A stretch of DNA of 64,000 bases from Podarcis vaucheri. Taxonomy: Eukaryota. Numbering within the stretch: the stretch's first letter is position 1; each line of letters opens with the position of its first letter. The notes below the pieces were generated by a model. It did no database searches and was not told the origin of the DNA. It worked only from the letters and a program-made list of their open reading frames with translations. Shown piece after piece: positions 49,377 to 62,709 of this stretch. A program made the position numbers and the translations under genes. The stretch lies in NCBI GenBank assembly GCA_965113315.1, contig OZ220370.1. The stretch is one strand, 5' to 3'.

Positions 49377-49892
49377 TTGTTGTTGTTTAGTCATTTAGTC
49401 GTGTCCGACTCTTCGTGACCCCATGGACCAGAGCACACCAGGCACTCCTGTCTTCCACTGCCTCCCACAGTTTGGTCAAACTCATGCTGGTAGCTTCGAG
49501 AACACTGTCCAACCATCTCATCCTCTGTCACCCCCTTCTCCGTGTGCCCTCTATCTTTCCCAACATCAGGGTCTTTTCCAGGGAGTCTTCTCTTCTCATG
49601 AGGGGGCCAAAGTATTGGAGCCTCAGCTTCAGGATCTGTCCTTCTAGTGAGCACTCAAGGCTCATTTCCTTAAGAATGGATAGGTTTGATCTTCTTGCAG
49701 TCCATGGGACTCTCAAGAGTCTCCTCTGGCACCATAATTCAAAAGCATCAATTCTTCGGCGATCAGCCTTCTTTATGGTCCAGCTTTCACTTCCATACAT
49801 CACTACTGGGAAAACCATAGCTTTAACTATACAGACCTTTGTTGGAAAGGTGATGTCTCTGCTTTTTAAGATGCTGCCTAGGTTTGTCATTG
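49377..49892 (-). mobile_element. BovB (RTE) LINE, 5'-truncated
   Basis: ORF ILKSRDITFPTKV..VMYGSESWTIKKADRRRIDAFELWC..LEKTLMLGKIEG; (AAC)n tail; 13-bp TSD CTTTCCTGATGAT (49364-49376, 49893-49905). Confidence 0.95.
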
Positions 49893-51494
49893 CTTTCCTG
49901 ATGATATATTGGCTATTATTGAGAACTTATGGTTTATGGATGTTGGTGACTTATGCCAACCAACACACGTCTACCCATTTCCTCCCTCCCCGTTTGCAAC
50001 TATATCTTCTGTGTTATCCATGTGGAAATTGCTTTTAGTAAGGACTTTCCCATGGAAACCTATTCTAGGAACAGGGACACATAGTAGATGAATGGAAAAC
50101 CAACACTGGGGTCAGGTCTGGAGCTGTTGTCCTGCAAGCGGAAGCAATCTTGTGCAGCACACACATGATCTTGTACGAAGAATAGCTTGATGCACACATC
50201 AACACATCATGCACAACATTGTGACAACCAAGCAGATGAAGACAAAGATTGCTTTGATTCCATCCTTGAGGAAGATAATGATGACGATTACTTTTACAAT
50301 TAGTTAAAATGTTTGAGGAAAATATTGAACTTCAGCTCTTGTGGATTTGATTTTCATTTCACATGGAATATGTTGTGTTTGTGTTTTGCCCTTTTTGCTT
50401 ACATTTTGTATTTTGGGCTATTTTGCATATAACTAAGGTATTTTTCAATAAAAATTACTCATTACTGAGTCAGGATGGCTAATAATTTTACTATAGTTAT
50501 CATGAATAGGTAGGTAGATTTTCCAAGGTGGGACTGGTGACCAACCCAGTTTCAGGCCCCTGTAACTGGAAGGAACTATGCTGACAGATTTTTTTTGGGG
50601 GGGGCGGGCGGAGAGGGAGTATTGTTTTACCTCACAAATGTTACTTTGATAAGAGAGATGATCAGTCACTAATCAGTGTCAGATTAATGCAGCAACAGGA
50701 TACAATGGGTTTTAGAAGGAAAACATGCAAAAGGGAAAGAGAACATAGATAAAATGATCTGCTCATCCGTAGCTGCTACAGGGTCAGTTTGCACAGTGTA
50801 GCAGCTAGGTGCCCTCTGAAGCAATGTAAAGCAGCCTCGATGTGACTGCATAACATCATGTGTCCACTGGTCCTAATGATTTCTTGAAAAGCCATGCTAA
50901 TGTTGGTGATGAATGAATGCAAACAAACTGGTGAAGGATAGAACATAGACTCCATTAGAAGTCTCCCCAGTATAAATTCAATTGAATGGGAACCTAGTAA
51001 GGAAACAGCAGTTGCAGAGTCCGCATTATTTTAACAGAGCTTGTGCAGGAAACTGTGTCCAGAGATTGTTCAGACTTGCCCTTTAATAAACAAACAGATC
51101 ACTTGCTGTATGTTTGTAGAGTAATAGTGACATCCTGTGGCCAGTTTTGATTAGTCCAAGAAATGGACATTCAACAAAAATTAAAAATTAAATAAATGAA
51201 TCTTGCTGTTGTCAACACCAACAGGTAAACGAGGAAAATGTGATGGACTAAACAAGGCAAAAATAAATAAATAAAAGAAAGATGCAATTACACTCAGTTG
51301 AATTTGAAAAAAATAAATCAAAATAATAATATGAAAGAAAAATTTGGCTGCAAACTTAACTGCCTTATGCAGAATGGTCCATTTGCCAGATTCACTTAAA
51401 ACATTGTGACAGTGATAAAATAGGTAAATCAGCTCCAAAGCTTCTGTGATAAACAATTGGTTCCAAATTATAAAATCACACTGTTGTTGTAGAT

Positions 51495-51818
51495 AGGGGT
51501 CAGCAAACTTTTTCAGCAGGGGGCCGGTTGACTGTCCCTCAGACCTTGGGGGGGGGCCGGACTATATATTTTTTTTGGGGGGGAATGAATGAATTCCTAT
51601 GCCCCACAAATAACCCAGAGATGCATTTTAAATAAAAGCACACATTCTACTCATGTAAAAACACCAGGCAGGCCCCACAAATAACCCAGAGATGCATTTT
51701 AAATCAAAGGGCACATTCTACTCATGTAAAACACGCTGATTCCCGGACCATCCACGGGCCGGATTTAGAAGGCGATTGGGCTGGATCTGGCCCCCGGGCC
51801 TTAGTTTGCCTACCCATG
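51495..51818. mobile_element. hAT (Charlie-like) MITE with an internal tandem duplication
   Basis: Ends AGGGGTCAGCAAACT / AGTTTGCCTACCCATG; 8-bp TSD TTGTAGAT; ~64-bp unit repeated at 51601-51664 and 51672-51734. Confidence 0.82.
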
Positions 51819-54800
51819 TTGTAGATCAAATATCCCACTGCTGCAAGGCAGACCCAACCATACACATATTGACTGACATGGTCCACATCACGATCTGATA
51901 CAATCATTGAGCAGCTGCACCCCTAAAATTTATGTATGTAGAATACTTACACTCTGCTTAATAGACAGTAAAACTAAAAACCACATTCATGGCTGACATC
52001 TGGAAGAGATATAACATGGTGGTCCTATGGTGCCAGAATTATTAAGGAAGCATCTCTAGGCCGCATCCTTGCTTGGTGTGGTGCTTCAGCTTTTTCCTGC
52101 TAGACAGCAATTCCCATTGATGTCCTCTGAGGCAAAATATTTGAATATTAAATAGCCCAAGATGCCTCAAATAAGTGATGCAAGCCCCAGGCTGTAAACT
52201 AAGTGTCAAGACAAGACACAAAAGGCAAGTGTGTATGTGTCTGCGATGATGGTGATGAATTTCCTACAAATACGATAAGCCTCATAAGACCTAAGGAGGA
52301 TAGGCAATACAGGGTTGTATCCAACAAATCAGAGTAGCCACAGTGAAATTAATGGACCTAAGTAATGTCCATTATTGTCAATGGGTCTATGCTGAGTATG
52401 ACTATCCCTGGATATAGCCCATAGCCTCTGCTGTCCAGTGTGTTCTTGATGTGCTGTGCTCTAAGCCAAAAACAACATTTGGAACATAATCAAAATTGGA
52501 GAAATGTATTCAGGATTCTCAAGAAACATTTTGTATTCAAGTTTGATGAAATCTGGACCTCTCCACCTCCTTGCCTCTCACCTTTTCCTCAGGTAAGCAG
52601 CAGTAATGTTGCCAGGACACTCTTTTGTATGTAATAAGGAAAACGAGGGGCTAACACCGATCTTCCAAACTGAATACATATGAAGCTGCCTGTTCCTGAA
52701 TTATCTTGCCCCCCCCCTGGACTATTTTGATTAACAGTGGTGCATTCAATCGTTATATTGTTAATCTTATCTACTTTTATTGTATTGTTATGATTTATTA
52801 TGTCATATAACTTGCCCGGGTAACAATGAAGGGTGGGACCTAAATATTTTAAATAAACAGAGAAACACTTAGTAACTAGGGATTGGTAAAACTTTTAGCT
52901 TTGGTTTGTTTCAGTTTCTCTAATTTCCAGTTGACCCCACTTCTTCCTATGTTTGCAATTAAACAAAAAGTCTGATGAAAATTTGTATGCATTTTTGAGA
53001 ATATTTCTCCCAGTATAAGCATTTTCCCATGTAATCTCCCCCAAGGAGCCTTTTTTGTATATAATTTTCACTAATACACATATTTTTGTACTCATTCTTT
53101 GGCAAAAAATTCATAGGAGTGTGGATTTCAAAGGAGAGTTGTATTTCGGTTTTCATTTTGGTTGGGGAAATGTGAATTTTTTTAAGGTTCTCATTAAGAT
53201 GCAAACTGAACTAATTTCTCACCCATCCCCATTAGCAACAACCTGAGTCTTTCTTGTGAGGCCTTCTTACCAAACCCTGAGAACCAGTCACAGCAACAAA
53301 ACAGCTTGTTAAACATCAGCTGAGACAGAAGGTTTGTCTCATTGGAATGCTACTTATTCTATGCTTGAACGGTTCTTGGAACAGCAGGGACCTGAGCATG
53401 CCTATGTATACGAAAGACAGGTCTGGTAGATTTTAAATTGGCATTCATTGAGTGGCATCCATTTTGGCTACCTTTCTCATTTCTCCCCTGGGAAGCCATT
53501 GTTTATGGCAAGTGGGAATTTTATATTGACATATTTCTAATACCCATCCCTCTCGCTTAATGCACAGTTTGAAGTAAATAGGTACAGTTTTGTAGGAAAA
53601 TTAATAAGAATGCTTCTGGAAAAAGTATGCGCCTTGTCTGTTTAGCAGAAAAGATTGCCACTGTTTTAGAGGGTAAAGTGAAACCCTGGGATGCATACTT
53701 CATTCAGTGGAAAGTCATTCCCTGTAAACAAATTCATAGCGCTCTGGTCTACTTGTTCAACATTTTGCTCCTCTTCCAGAGCAGCCTATTGATTGATATA
53801 CCTCAGGGAAGAAATTGCTCCAACTCACTCCAAACAGGCTCCTAAAGAAAATATCAGTTTTAGAAAAGGAGAAGGGGGGTGGGGCGGAAAGAGCAGTGGC
53901 GGCAAGAATTGCTAATCTTTCATTTCACTGAACATCTGGATAGCGCAAGGCTGTTTTAACCCCCTGAGTGAAAGGAGAATTTAGCACCAAAGGGTAACCA
54001 TGCAAAGGCTGTGCTGTTAATCTGACTACAACAGAGAAATCTGTGTTACACATTCATTGGGCCATATGGATATCAGTTTGCACCTGCAGAGAGTACTGAA
54101 GGGAATTTTATCTACTGGGGGCTAACAATGAAATTTAATTTAGAGCCTTGCCTCTTTAGTATGTGATAGGGACTCAAGTTAAATACAGTGAAGCATACTA
54201 TTTTGATTTTTAAAATGTGTGTGTGTGTTTGTGAATCATTTTATTTTCTGCTTTGGGATGTATTGACATAACTATGTTCATGTGATGTGTCAAAAGGACA
54301 GATGAAGTGCATAAAAATGGTGTTATGGCAAAATATTTTTAAAATTCAAGGCTGATGGATTTTCACACCCACATTCCAAATTGCAAATGAGAGAGAATGG
54401 TGTCATAAGTGGATTGCATCTTCTCCTGTGAAGAATCAGGCCCCAAAATGTTCAAATGATACTTTAAATGGGTTTTGCAAACCTGAAAATTAACACAATA
54501 TTTTTGTAGGAGAACAGTATTTGTCAATTCTGTTAGCCAGTCAATTAATATTGAGGCAAGGTTTTCTGGACATCAGGCGCAAAGCCCACTGACTGCTACT
54601 GCAGCGCCAACTCACGAGCAAATGTAATAGGAAGAGATGGCTCCTCACCACAAGAAAATGGCACTCTCGCTATTAGTGGTGGCCATTTTGCTCCACCCCC
54701 CTACCTGAAGGAGACTCCAATAGGAATTTCCTAGGGCAAAGGGCGTCTGAGGAAGGAGAGCAACCACGGGGGAGCAGACTTGACCCATTTAGAGTCTTTC

Positions 54801-56330
54801 CAACCACTCTTTCTGCTCTGTGGTATCCTTCCTCTATGGAATCTTGTGAACAAGGTTCACAAGTTTAGAACCAAGCAATAGGACTAATTTGTGGGGGCAA
54901 TAAAAGCTTAAAATAAAACCCAGAAGACAGTTTATTGTAGGGAATATCGGCAAAGATAGAAAATCATTTGTAAGAATAAAAGAAGAGAAAATGGCATTGG
55001 GAGTCCAAACAGAGCAAAGTGCAGAATTGAGAATCAAAATAAGAATCCTCCGGGCTGCATGGCCTAGACCCAGCTCAACAAGAGGCAGAAATCAATGCCT
55101 AGAAAACGGAAGAGGCTGTCTCCAGAGAGAATTCCAAAAACCCAGAGAAGGCCTTTCTTAGAAGTCAAAGCAGGTCACAAGGCTACAGGAGAATGATTCA
55201 CCTCCTAGACAAGTTGAGGTAAATCAGAGTCTGAAATATATGTAAGGCAGGAACCGATGCTGGTAACACTTCTCACTGTAACAAAGATGATGATATTTTA
55301 GAGCAGGGATGGGGAATCTATTACACTCCATATGTTGTTGGACACCAGCTCCTATCAGCCCCAGCCAGCATGGCCAATGGACAGGCATGATGAGAACTGT
55401 GGTTCAGCAGGACCCGGAGGTTCCCTATCCCTGATTCCTTAGAGAACATGGAATAAAAGGAGAAACTTGTTGCATTTTTAACAAGGGCATTGCTAGGTAA
55501 AAACCCACTATCTGTCAGCTCAGGCCCATGGCACAAATGTGCATCTGCTAATTTACATGTTTAGGTGCCTCTGGGTAAATTAAGATGCTATCTGACTGGA
55601 GTCTGCCCAGCATTGCCCCTTCATCCAGCTGGTCTAGAACAAAGTCTGGTCTGTAAACACAGTTTTAAAATGTATTTTTTACAGTTTAGCAAAAGGGAGG
55701 GAAAGGAGCAGGTGATCCAGGGTCTGCCACAAAAGATCCAGGGCTCCGCCCCGCTCCGCCCTGAGAAAGCTAGAGAAATGTAGGTGTTTACTGATTAATA
55801 GTAGAGGGGATCAAAAGCAGCTGTTGAATCAGGGACCAGAACTTCTTTCGGGTCAGAAAGTCTGGGGAGTACAGTTCAACGCCACCATGTGGGCTAAAAG
55901 CAGCTGTTGAAAAAGCCTGAAACCAACAACCAGATACATAAATAGAACCCCAAAATTGTTGAGCTTTAATGACAAAAACTGCTTAGGGTCAACTTTTCTG
56001 TTTGGGTGAACTGGAGGAAAAAAGTTGCCTATAAGCAGTTTTATTAAGACACTTTCCTGGTATCCAGAGAAAGAAGGAAGAACAGATGAACTGACGACTG
56101 CCAGGGAAATATTTTTCTAGTTTTTAGACTAGGAATGTCAGTAAAATCACATGACAACTGTACAGTGCTTGCAATATAATTCTAAGTATTAATAATAGCA
56201 CAGCCACTTCCTCTTTTATCACAACAATTAGGGCTCTTTCATTTCTACAATTCTTTAATATTTTTGTGTTTTTAGGGGGAAAATATAGTGATTGTTTTAA
56301 TCTTGAAGCAAGCTAGACATGTAAACTACA

Positions 56331-56332
<2 letters not shown>

Positions 56333-56366
<34 letters not shown>
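56333..56366. repeat. (AT)n microsatellite
   Basis: Directly visible. Confidence 0.95.
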
Positions 56367-56368
<2 letters not shown>

Positions 56369-58091
56369 TGTATGGAATGCTCAGTGGACTTAATCAAACT
56401 CTAGGTTTGTCCATAACAAGTTCAATAGTTGCTATTTGCTGTTAGATCCTCAGCTTCATTAAATCTAAAAGTTTCAGCTTTTGTTCGCAGTTAGTGTACT
56501 TAAATCTATAAAGGCTGCCATAGCTATCTCCTAAGAGACATAAAACGGAGGTCCTGACCACTTGTGGTCATTAAGGATCCCATGGCATATTTTGAGCAGA
56601 ATATATGTTATATTCCGTTCTCCAGATTCCATTTCTTCCTTCCTAAAACATCAGCCTTTCTCAAACACTAGATGCAGTTGTCCTGCATTTACTATTATTC
56701 TAGCTGAGAATCAAATCAGAAAACCCTTTTATGAGATAAAATTAAAGAATGTCCACTGGTCCTACTTTACAGAAGGACAGTTGCTCTATTTATCGGCCCA
56801 AGATCAGTTTACAGATAAAGAATCTAAGATGAGACAGCAGCAGGAGCTTGAAATTGTCCATTACCCAGATAGCAGACAAGTCACCTGGTCATAGTCTTCC
56901 TCCTGTGATAAGAACTGCTGTATTGCTCTTGAAATTTATCAGCATTTTAGTATGAATTTCTCCTGATAATATACCCTTTTGTATGTAATTCCCTATACAT
57001 ATAAATTAGCACGTACAAAATTCATACAGATTGGTTGTCCTCTTTTTAGGTGATCCATTTCCTGGTTTGGGGCAATGCCTACAAAATTGGTGATGATTTT
57101 GAAAAATATGTCACCTAAAAGTATATCAGTCAACTGCTTGTACCTCCTAAGGGAGACCCACGTCACGGCGGAACTGTGGTTCTGGACTCTTTATTCCATT
57201 TCAGACACAGTGATCATTATTAAACTGTGCTGTGCAGATAAGTGCTAGAAAAATTGCCAGGTTATTTTCTTCACATAAAATTAACCAATTTGCCTCTGTG
57301 TGTGTATGTGGGATGGTAAAGAGCTGCTAAGCAATCCCATTCAAGTGATTAACCTTTTAGTTCATAAAAGCCACCATTTCAGATGTATAAATAATATAAT
57401 AAAGGGAATTTTCACACCAGAGTAATGTAGCTTACAATATCCTTGGCTCCTCTCCTTAATTGGTAAATAATTCCTCAAACTCTGAAATAAATTGTGCTCC
57501 CACCCACATTTCCTCATCCAATTATCATGAAATAGGGAAGCACACTTTGCCACCCTTTGCAAAAGAGGAGATTAGCAAATTGTTTCAACAGCGTTTTTCC
57601 ACTGCTCAGGGCTGCGTGAGGCTGGCACCTTTAGGGTAGGAGGTTGCCAGAGAATCCTTGTAGGGATGGGCGAGTCTGTCAATTTCAGTTTCTCCTGGCT
57701 TCTCGTTTTCCCATTCCCATGAAAATAGACAAGCAGATCTGCAATCCTCCACATTTCAAGAACACCTGCCTAATTCTGACTTGATTTTATGAAGTGCTCT
57801 CGGTCCAAAAAAGAACAACTTTTCACACTTTTGTCAAAGAAGGCATTTTATCCCCTAGAGAAAGTGAGGTAATGTTGCGTTTTCCTTGGGGTGCTATTTC
57901 TATCCACTAGACTTGGTCACGTGTGATACATTGCTACTGCGAAAATAGTGATTGTTCTTTTCCTCTTCTCATGGAAGTCCATAGAAGGCCCAATTTGGAA
58001 ACCTGCATTTGCACACACAGAGATCTGTATTATGTCTCCCAGCCATTCACCTCGTAGGACAGGACGAAGAGGAATAGAAAGCCTATATAGT

Positions 58092-58859
58092 TGGGTCGGA
58101 TAAACAGGAATATATCATGAGAAGACACACCAAGGCTCGGTATGTCGGCAACGGGACTGGATGGGGGGGAACTTTCCTTTCTTTTTTCTATGTGATTAAC
58201 CAAGAATCCCCCCCCACAAGTCAGAAATGCCACTTAAATGACCTAAGCTGGATGATTTATGACTGTGTGGAGATAATTTCTAACCAAAAGCATGTTTTAA
58301 GGAGATCGTGGAAAGTACAAGAGCTTTGGGATGATGCAGTAAAAAACAGCGTCGCCATTTTGGCAAGTTCTGTCGATAGATTTATGTCTGGGAGGAGGAA
58401 TGGATCTGTTTTCATATTGCGGGCGAGCCTCCTCAGAGGACTAAAGAAGGCGGCAGATTTGTGAAGATTAATGATGGAAAGAGTGCTTTTATTTATGGAA
58501 GTGATGATATATGGAAACCATCTCGATATGGTGATTGGACGAACGGAAAAATTCACACAGGATTACAACTGGTGTTTACCTGCTTAAGGAGATTATCAGA
58601 AGAGATCACAAAGAAAAAAGAAAAATATATGAATAAGATGAGATGTGGGAACAGCAAGATAGGACTGGATAGAATTATGAACATTATTTGGACAGATTTG
58701 TGGACATTAATGCAGCAGCAAGAAGATGATTGGAATCTCCTTCGGAACTTGAAATATGGGTACCCCCAACAAAAATTTAAAATTTGGCTTTGTAATTCGG
58801 AATTTATGTGATGTGATTTAATTTGATTGGTCGGTTAATAAAAAATATTTTTTTAAAAA
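58092..58859 (+). mobile_element. Retroposed insert with L1-type TPRT hallmarks, identity unresolved
   Basis: 16-bp TSD AGAAAGCCTATATAGT (58076-58091, 58860-58875), AATAAA at 58837-58842 and an A-rich tail. Confidence 0.75.
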
Positions 58860-61162
58860 AGAAAGCCTATATAGTCCTACCTTGATTCTTGAACGCCCTG
58901 GAACTCGTATGTTTCGGCTCCTGAACAATCGAAAACCGGAAGTGAGTGTTCTGGTTTTTGAACGTTCCTTTGGAAACCGAATGTCCCACAGGGTTTCTGC
59001 GGCTATGTAAACATAACTCTCTATACAGTATGTGGTTTTTTAAAAGAAAAAATCACTTGTTTGGTGCTGTAAATGCCATTTCAATAATGAAACCATGTGG
59101 AAATGTGCTTCGTCACACATATTTCCCATACCAGAACCAGGAAAAAATCTTTAAGTAAAATACATCTAACACTTTTAACACTGCCGGCCTGATCAATATA
59201 TTATCCAGTTGTTGTTTCTGTTGTTGTTATCATATTATATTTGGTGGTAACTCCCACCTACCCCGAGAGAGATTATTTTACTTTCTTCTTTACCAGTGTT
59301 TGAATAGGTTTTGATGGGTTCAGTATTTTAAATTGTTAAAAAGTGTTCCCCTCACTGTATTAAAATGTTTTGTCCTATTTCTTATGCTGGCCTGTAGAGT
59401 AGTTCAGACTGCTGATTTATTTATATTGAAAAAAATTATAAACCACTTAATTTAAAAGCAACACCTCTAAAGTAGTGTATACAAAACAATTTAAAATTAA
59501 TAATAAACATTGTATTTCACATACACTTAATATCTGTAAACCTTAGCCTATGTAAACATAACTCTCTATACAGTACTGTATGTGGTTTTTTAAAAGAAAA
59601 AAATACAGCGACAATTCAGCTGTTTGTGGATAGCAAACATGTAGTTTCTACTCTGCATGAAGGGGCAGGAGAGATCCTTATAATAGCTAGTTTGTTTAGA
59701 TTTCTCACACTTTTTTTGTCAACCTGAAAAGTCAGTAAAAATAAGTTAATAATACACAATAAAATCAGCAAATGTTGAAAGCAAGTATACATAACCAAAT
59801 TATGTGTCAGTATAGGCTTGTTGGAGCAGAGGAAAAGCTTTTTAGGTGGGGTCTAAAACAGTACAGCTTAACGTAAAAGGCAGAAAATTCCACAGCATAG
59901 GTGCTGCCAGACTGAAAGCTTGACTCCTAAGAGATATGGAACAAACGTTATATGGCACAAGCGAAAGTGCAATTTCCATGATTGAAGCAGTTGCATAGGC
60001 ACATACGCTCCAATTTTGTTTTAGTTTTGCAATTGTGAAGATATGCTTTTAGTTGTATTTTATGGGTAATCTCCAATATTAATTGTACTCAGACTATTGA
60101 AATCAGTGAACATGACCATTAATTTCAGGGGGTGCTGTCTGAGTATGCCTAACAATGACTTGGGAGGGATAGGCCTGAAAGGCAGAGAAATCCTAGCAGC
60201 TAATAGAAAAATAAAAAAGTAGGTGAGACTCCACTGCCTAGGCACGTATGTTTTAAGTTTCTAGTTTAAAACAAAATGAAATACCTGCCTGATAATGTTG
60301 ACACTCAGAAACAATAATACTGCTTGAGTATTCAATCTAATTGTCAACAGAGATAAAAAGATTCGGTAAGGGCTACTAGGTTAAAATACACAATTAATTT
60401 CAAGCTTTCCTCCACAAAGCTGAAGGCTAATGGCACCCTCCTCTCACCTCCAAATGAAATCTGAGATAAACAGATCTAGGGACGTAATAAAAGGATCAAA
60501 TGTTATGAGGCCTGTGATAAAATGGCGAGACTTGGCAGCGCTGCCTGCTAGCATTTCCCAGAGGATTTTGTTCAACTATTTTATAGCTTTTTCTCCAGGT
60601 CAAACTCATTGCATTAAAATACTGTAAATATTTACAGTGCATCATATGAATTTCATGAAGCAATGTGCTCGAGCCTGGATACTTTCATGTAGCTATTGTG
60701 CAACATAAGCCAACATTTCGCTGAAGTGTAATATTGTTTTTAAAAGCATCAGTGGTCTTTTAACCTAAGTGCAAACATCTAAAATTAGGGGTCAGCAAAA
60801 ATACTACTCAGATAGAACCAGTGTAAAATGTCCATATACACCATCCAGTTCAAAACCTTCTTATCTGAGGGTTTGGTAAACAGATAACCAGCTTCGAGCC
60901 TTAACTTGGTAGAAGTGCTATGGGCCACATCCTTATACTCTAAATTCAGAGGAACCTCTAGGCCTGAGGCTGAATGTGGCAAGTCTTGATATGGTCCTCA
61001 GCACTCTCCCAAGACCACACACCCTCCACAACCACACCCTGCTCCTATGCCACACCTCTCACCAGCTCCTTGAGTGTTTTCAGCAGGCTGCAGAGTAGAA
61101 AGGGATGTGTAAGCATGTACAGAAACCAGCCTACTGCACAAAAGTAACATCTACGCTAATTA

Positions 61163-61594
61163 CAGAACAGGATTTAGGTCTGATGAGGCCCTAAACTGCT
61201 GAAGGTAATGGGGCTGTTTATATGTCCAGCTGTCCTTTGTCAACAACAAATTGTTGCTGTTTTTTGTGTTGAATATATGCTATGTGGTCATTTATGGACC
61301 TAATAGGTATCTAAAGCCATTTGCACATGCAGAATGTAGGCACCCTATATATATATAGAAATGAGCAAACCAGTGATATTTTAGGAAGCAGGCTATCAGG
61401 CCCATTACTTACATCATAAGAGCCTACACAACACCACACACTGTTACTGTGTGTAGGTGTTATTTTATTTGTTTTTTACCTTATATTTTGGAAAGGTACA
61501 TCCAGGTTTTTTCCCCTTTAAATTTTCTTGGGGCCCCCAAGAGAGTGGAGACCTAAACTATAGCTTGTTTAGCTTATACGTAAATCCGGCACTG
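61163..61594. mobile_element. hAT-like non-autonomous DNA transposon
   Basis: Ends CAGAACAGGATTTA / TAAATCCGGCACTG; 8-bp flanks GCTAATTA / GCTAATTC. Confidence 0.7.
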
Positions 61595-62070
61595 GCTAAT
61601 TCTTCCACCACTCTTGCCTCTGGCCCCACCCAGCACTGGCCTGTGTCTCACAGAAATTTACCCAAACAGGACTGAGGCCTTCATTGCATTGTGTGTGAAA
61701 GACAGGTTTTCTGCCTTTCTGCTGGTAGAGTAGCTGCTGTACACTGTGCATGCTCAGCCCAGGAGGCGAGGTAAAAACACACAACCAGGAAATGTTTTTA
61801 TGTTGTATCAAAATGGCATAGGCACTCCTATGTTCCCTGGAAATTCTGCTAAGAGGCTAAGGGGACTGTGCTGACGCTGGCACCCCACTCCCGGCATGCA
61901 TGGAGGGAGCTTGTCTGTCATCTTCCCATGCCCCACTAAGCAAGAGACACAGACCACCAGGCAATGTGCACAGCCAAGGGAACTCTGTGGTGCTGTCTGC
62001 TAGAGCCGGCAGGAAGAACCATGTTCAGGGGTTGCTTTGTTCAAATCCACACAGGAGACAAAACAGTTTA

Positions 62071-62309
62071 CAGTGGTACCTCGGGTTAAGTACTTAATTC
62101 GTTCCAGAGGTCTGTTAAGCTGAAACTGTTCTTAACCTGAAGCACTACTTTAGCTAATGGGGCCTCCTGCTGCTGACGCGCCCCTGGAGCACAATTTCTG
62201 TTCTCATCCTGAAGCAAAGTTCTTAACCTGAGGTAATATTTCTGGGTTAGCGGAGTCTGTACCCTGAAGCATATGTAACCTGAAGTGTATGTAACCTGAG
62301 GTACCACTG
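62071..62309. mobile_element. Tc1/mariner (Tigger-like) MITE
   Basis: TIRs CAGTGGTACCTC / GAGGTACCACTG with TA TSD; same family as 11687-11912. Confidence 0.9.
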
Positions 62310-62635
62310 TACTTCCCTTCTCAGGGAAGGAAAGCATAAAGCCAGGCAACGGCAGCAACAAGCAAGGGAACTCTCTGAGGTACAATCTGTAAAGTGGGCA
62401 CAAATATAACAAGGAAGTCCTCAGAGAGATCCCCCCCATTGTTCATTGTGAAGGGAATAATTTGGTAGAGTCGCACAGACAAATTTGCACATTGGTCAAA
62501 AATCCAAAGAGAAAATTCCTCACAAATCCTCACTTCCTGATATTGGTTGCGGCCTAGGTGATCCTCTGCCCACACCTGCCACCTCTGCTGCATACCCTCC
62601 TTCATTCCTCCAATGAAAATAGGGACACCCTATTC

Positions 62636-62676
<41 letters not shown>

Positions 62677-62709
62677 TGTTACTTATACCTTGGCCATCTG
62701 ACTGGGTTG
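62636..62709 (-). repeat. (AAT)n microsatellite with a residual L2 tail
   Basis: (AAT)n followed by TTATACC..CCATCTGACTGGGTTG. Confidence 0.75.

Noticed and set aside
49415-50038. 207-aa plus-strand ORF
   Set aside because: Antisense to the BovB fragment.
51601-51734. CRISPR-like direct repeats
   Set aside because: Only two units, internal to a hAT MITE in a vertebrate genome.
54941-55218. Possible exon (TGTAG..GAG/GTAAAT) with a purine-rich, coding-like look
   Set aside because: All three frames contain stops and no protein is recognisable; at most a non-coding exon.
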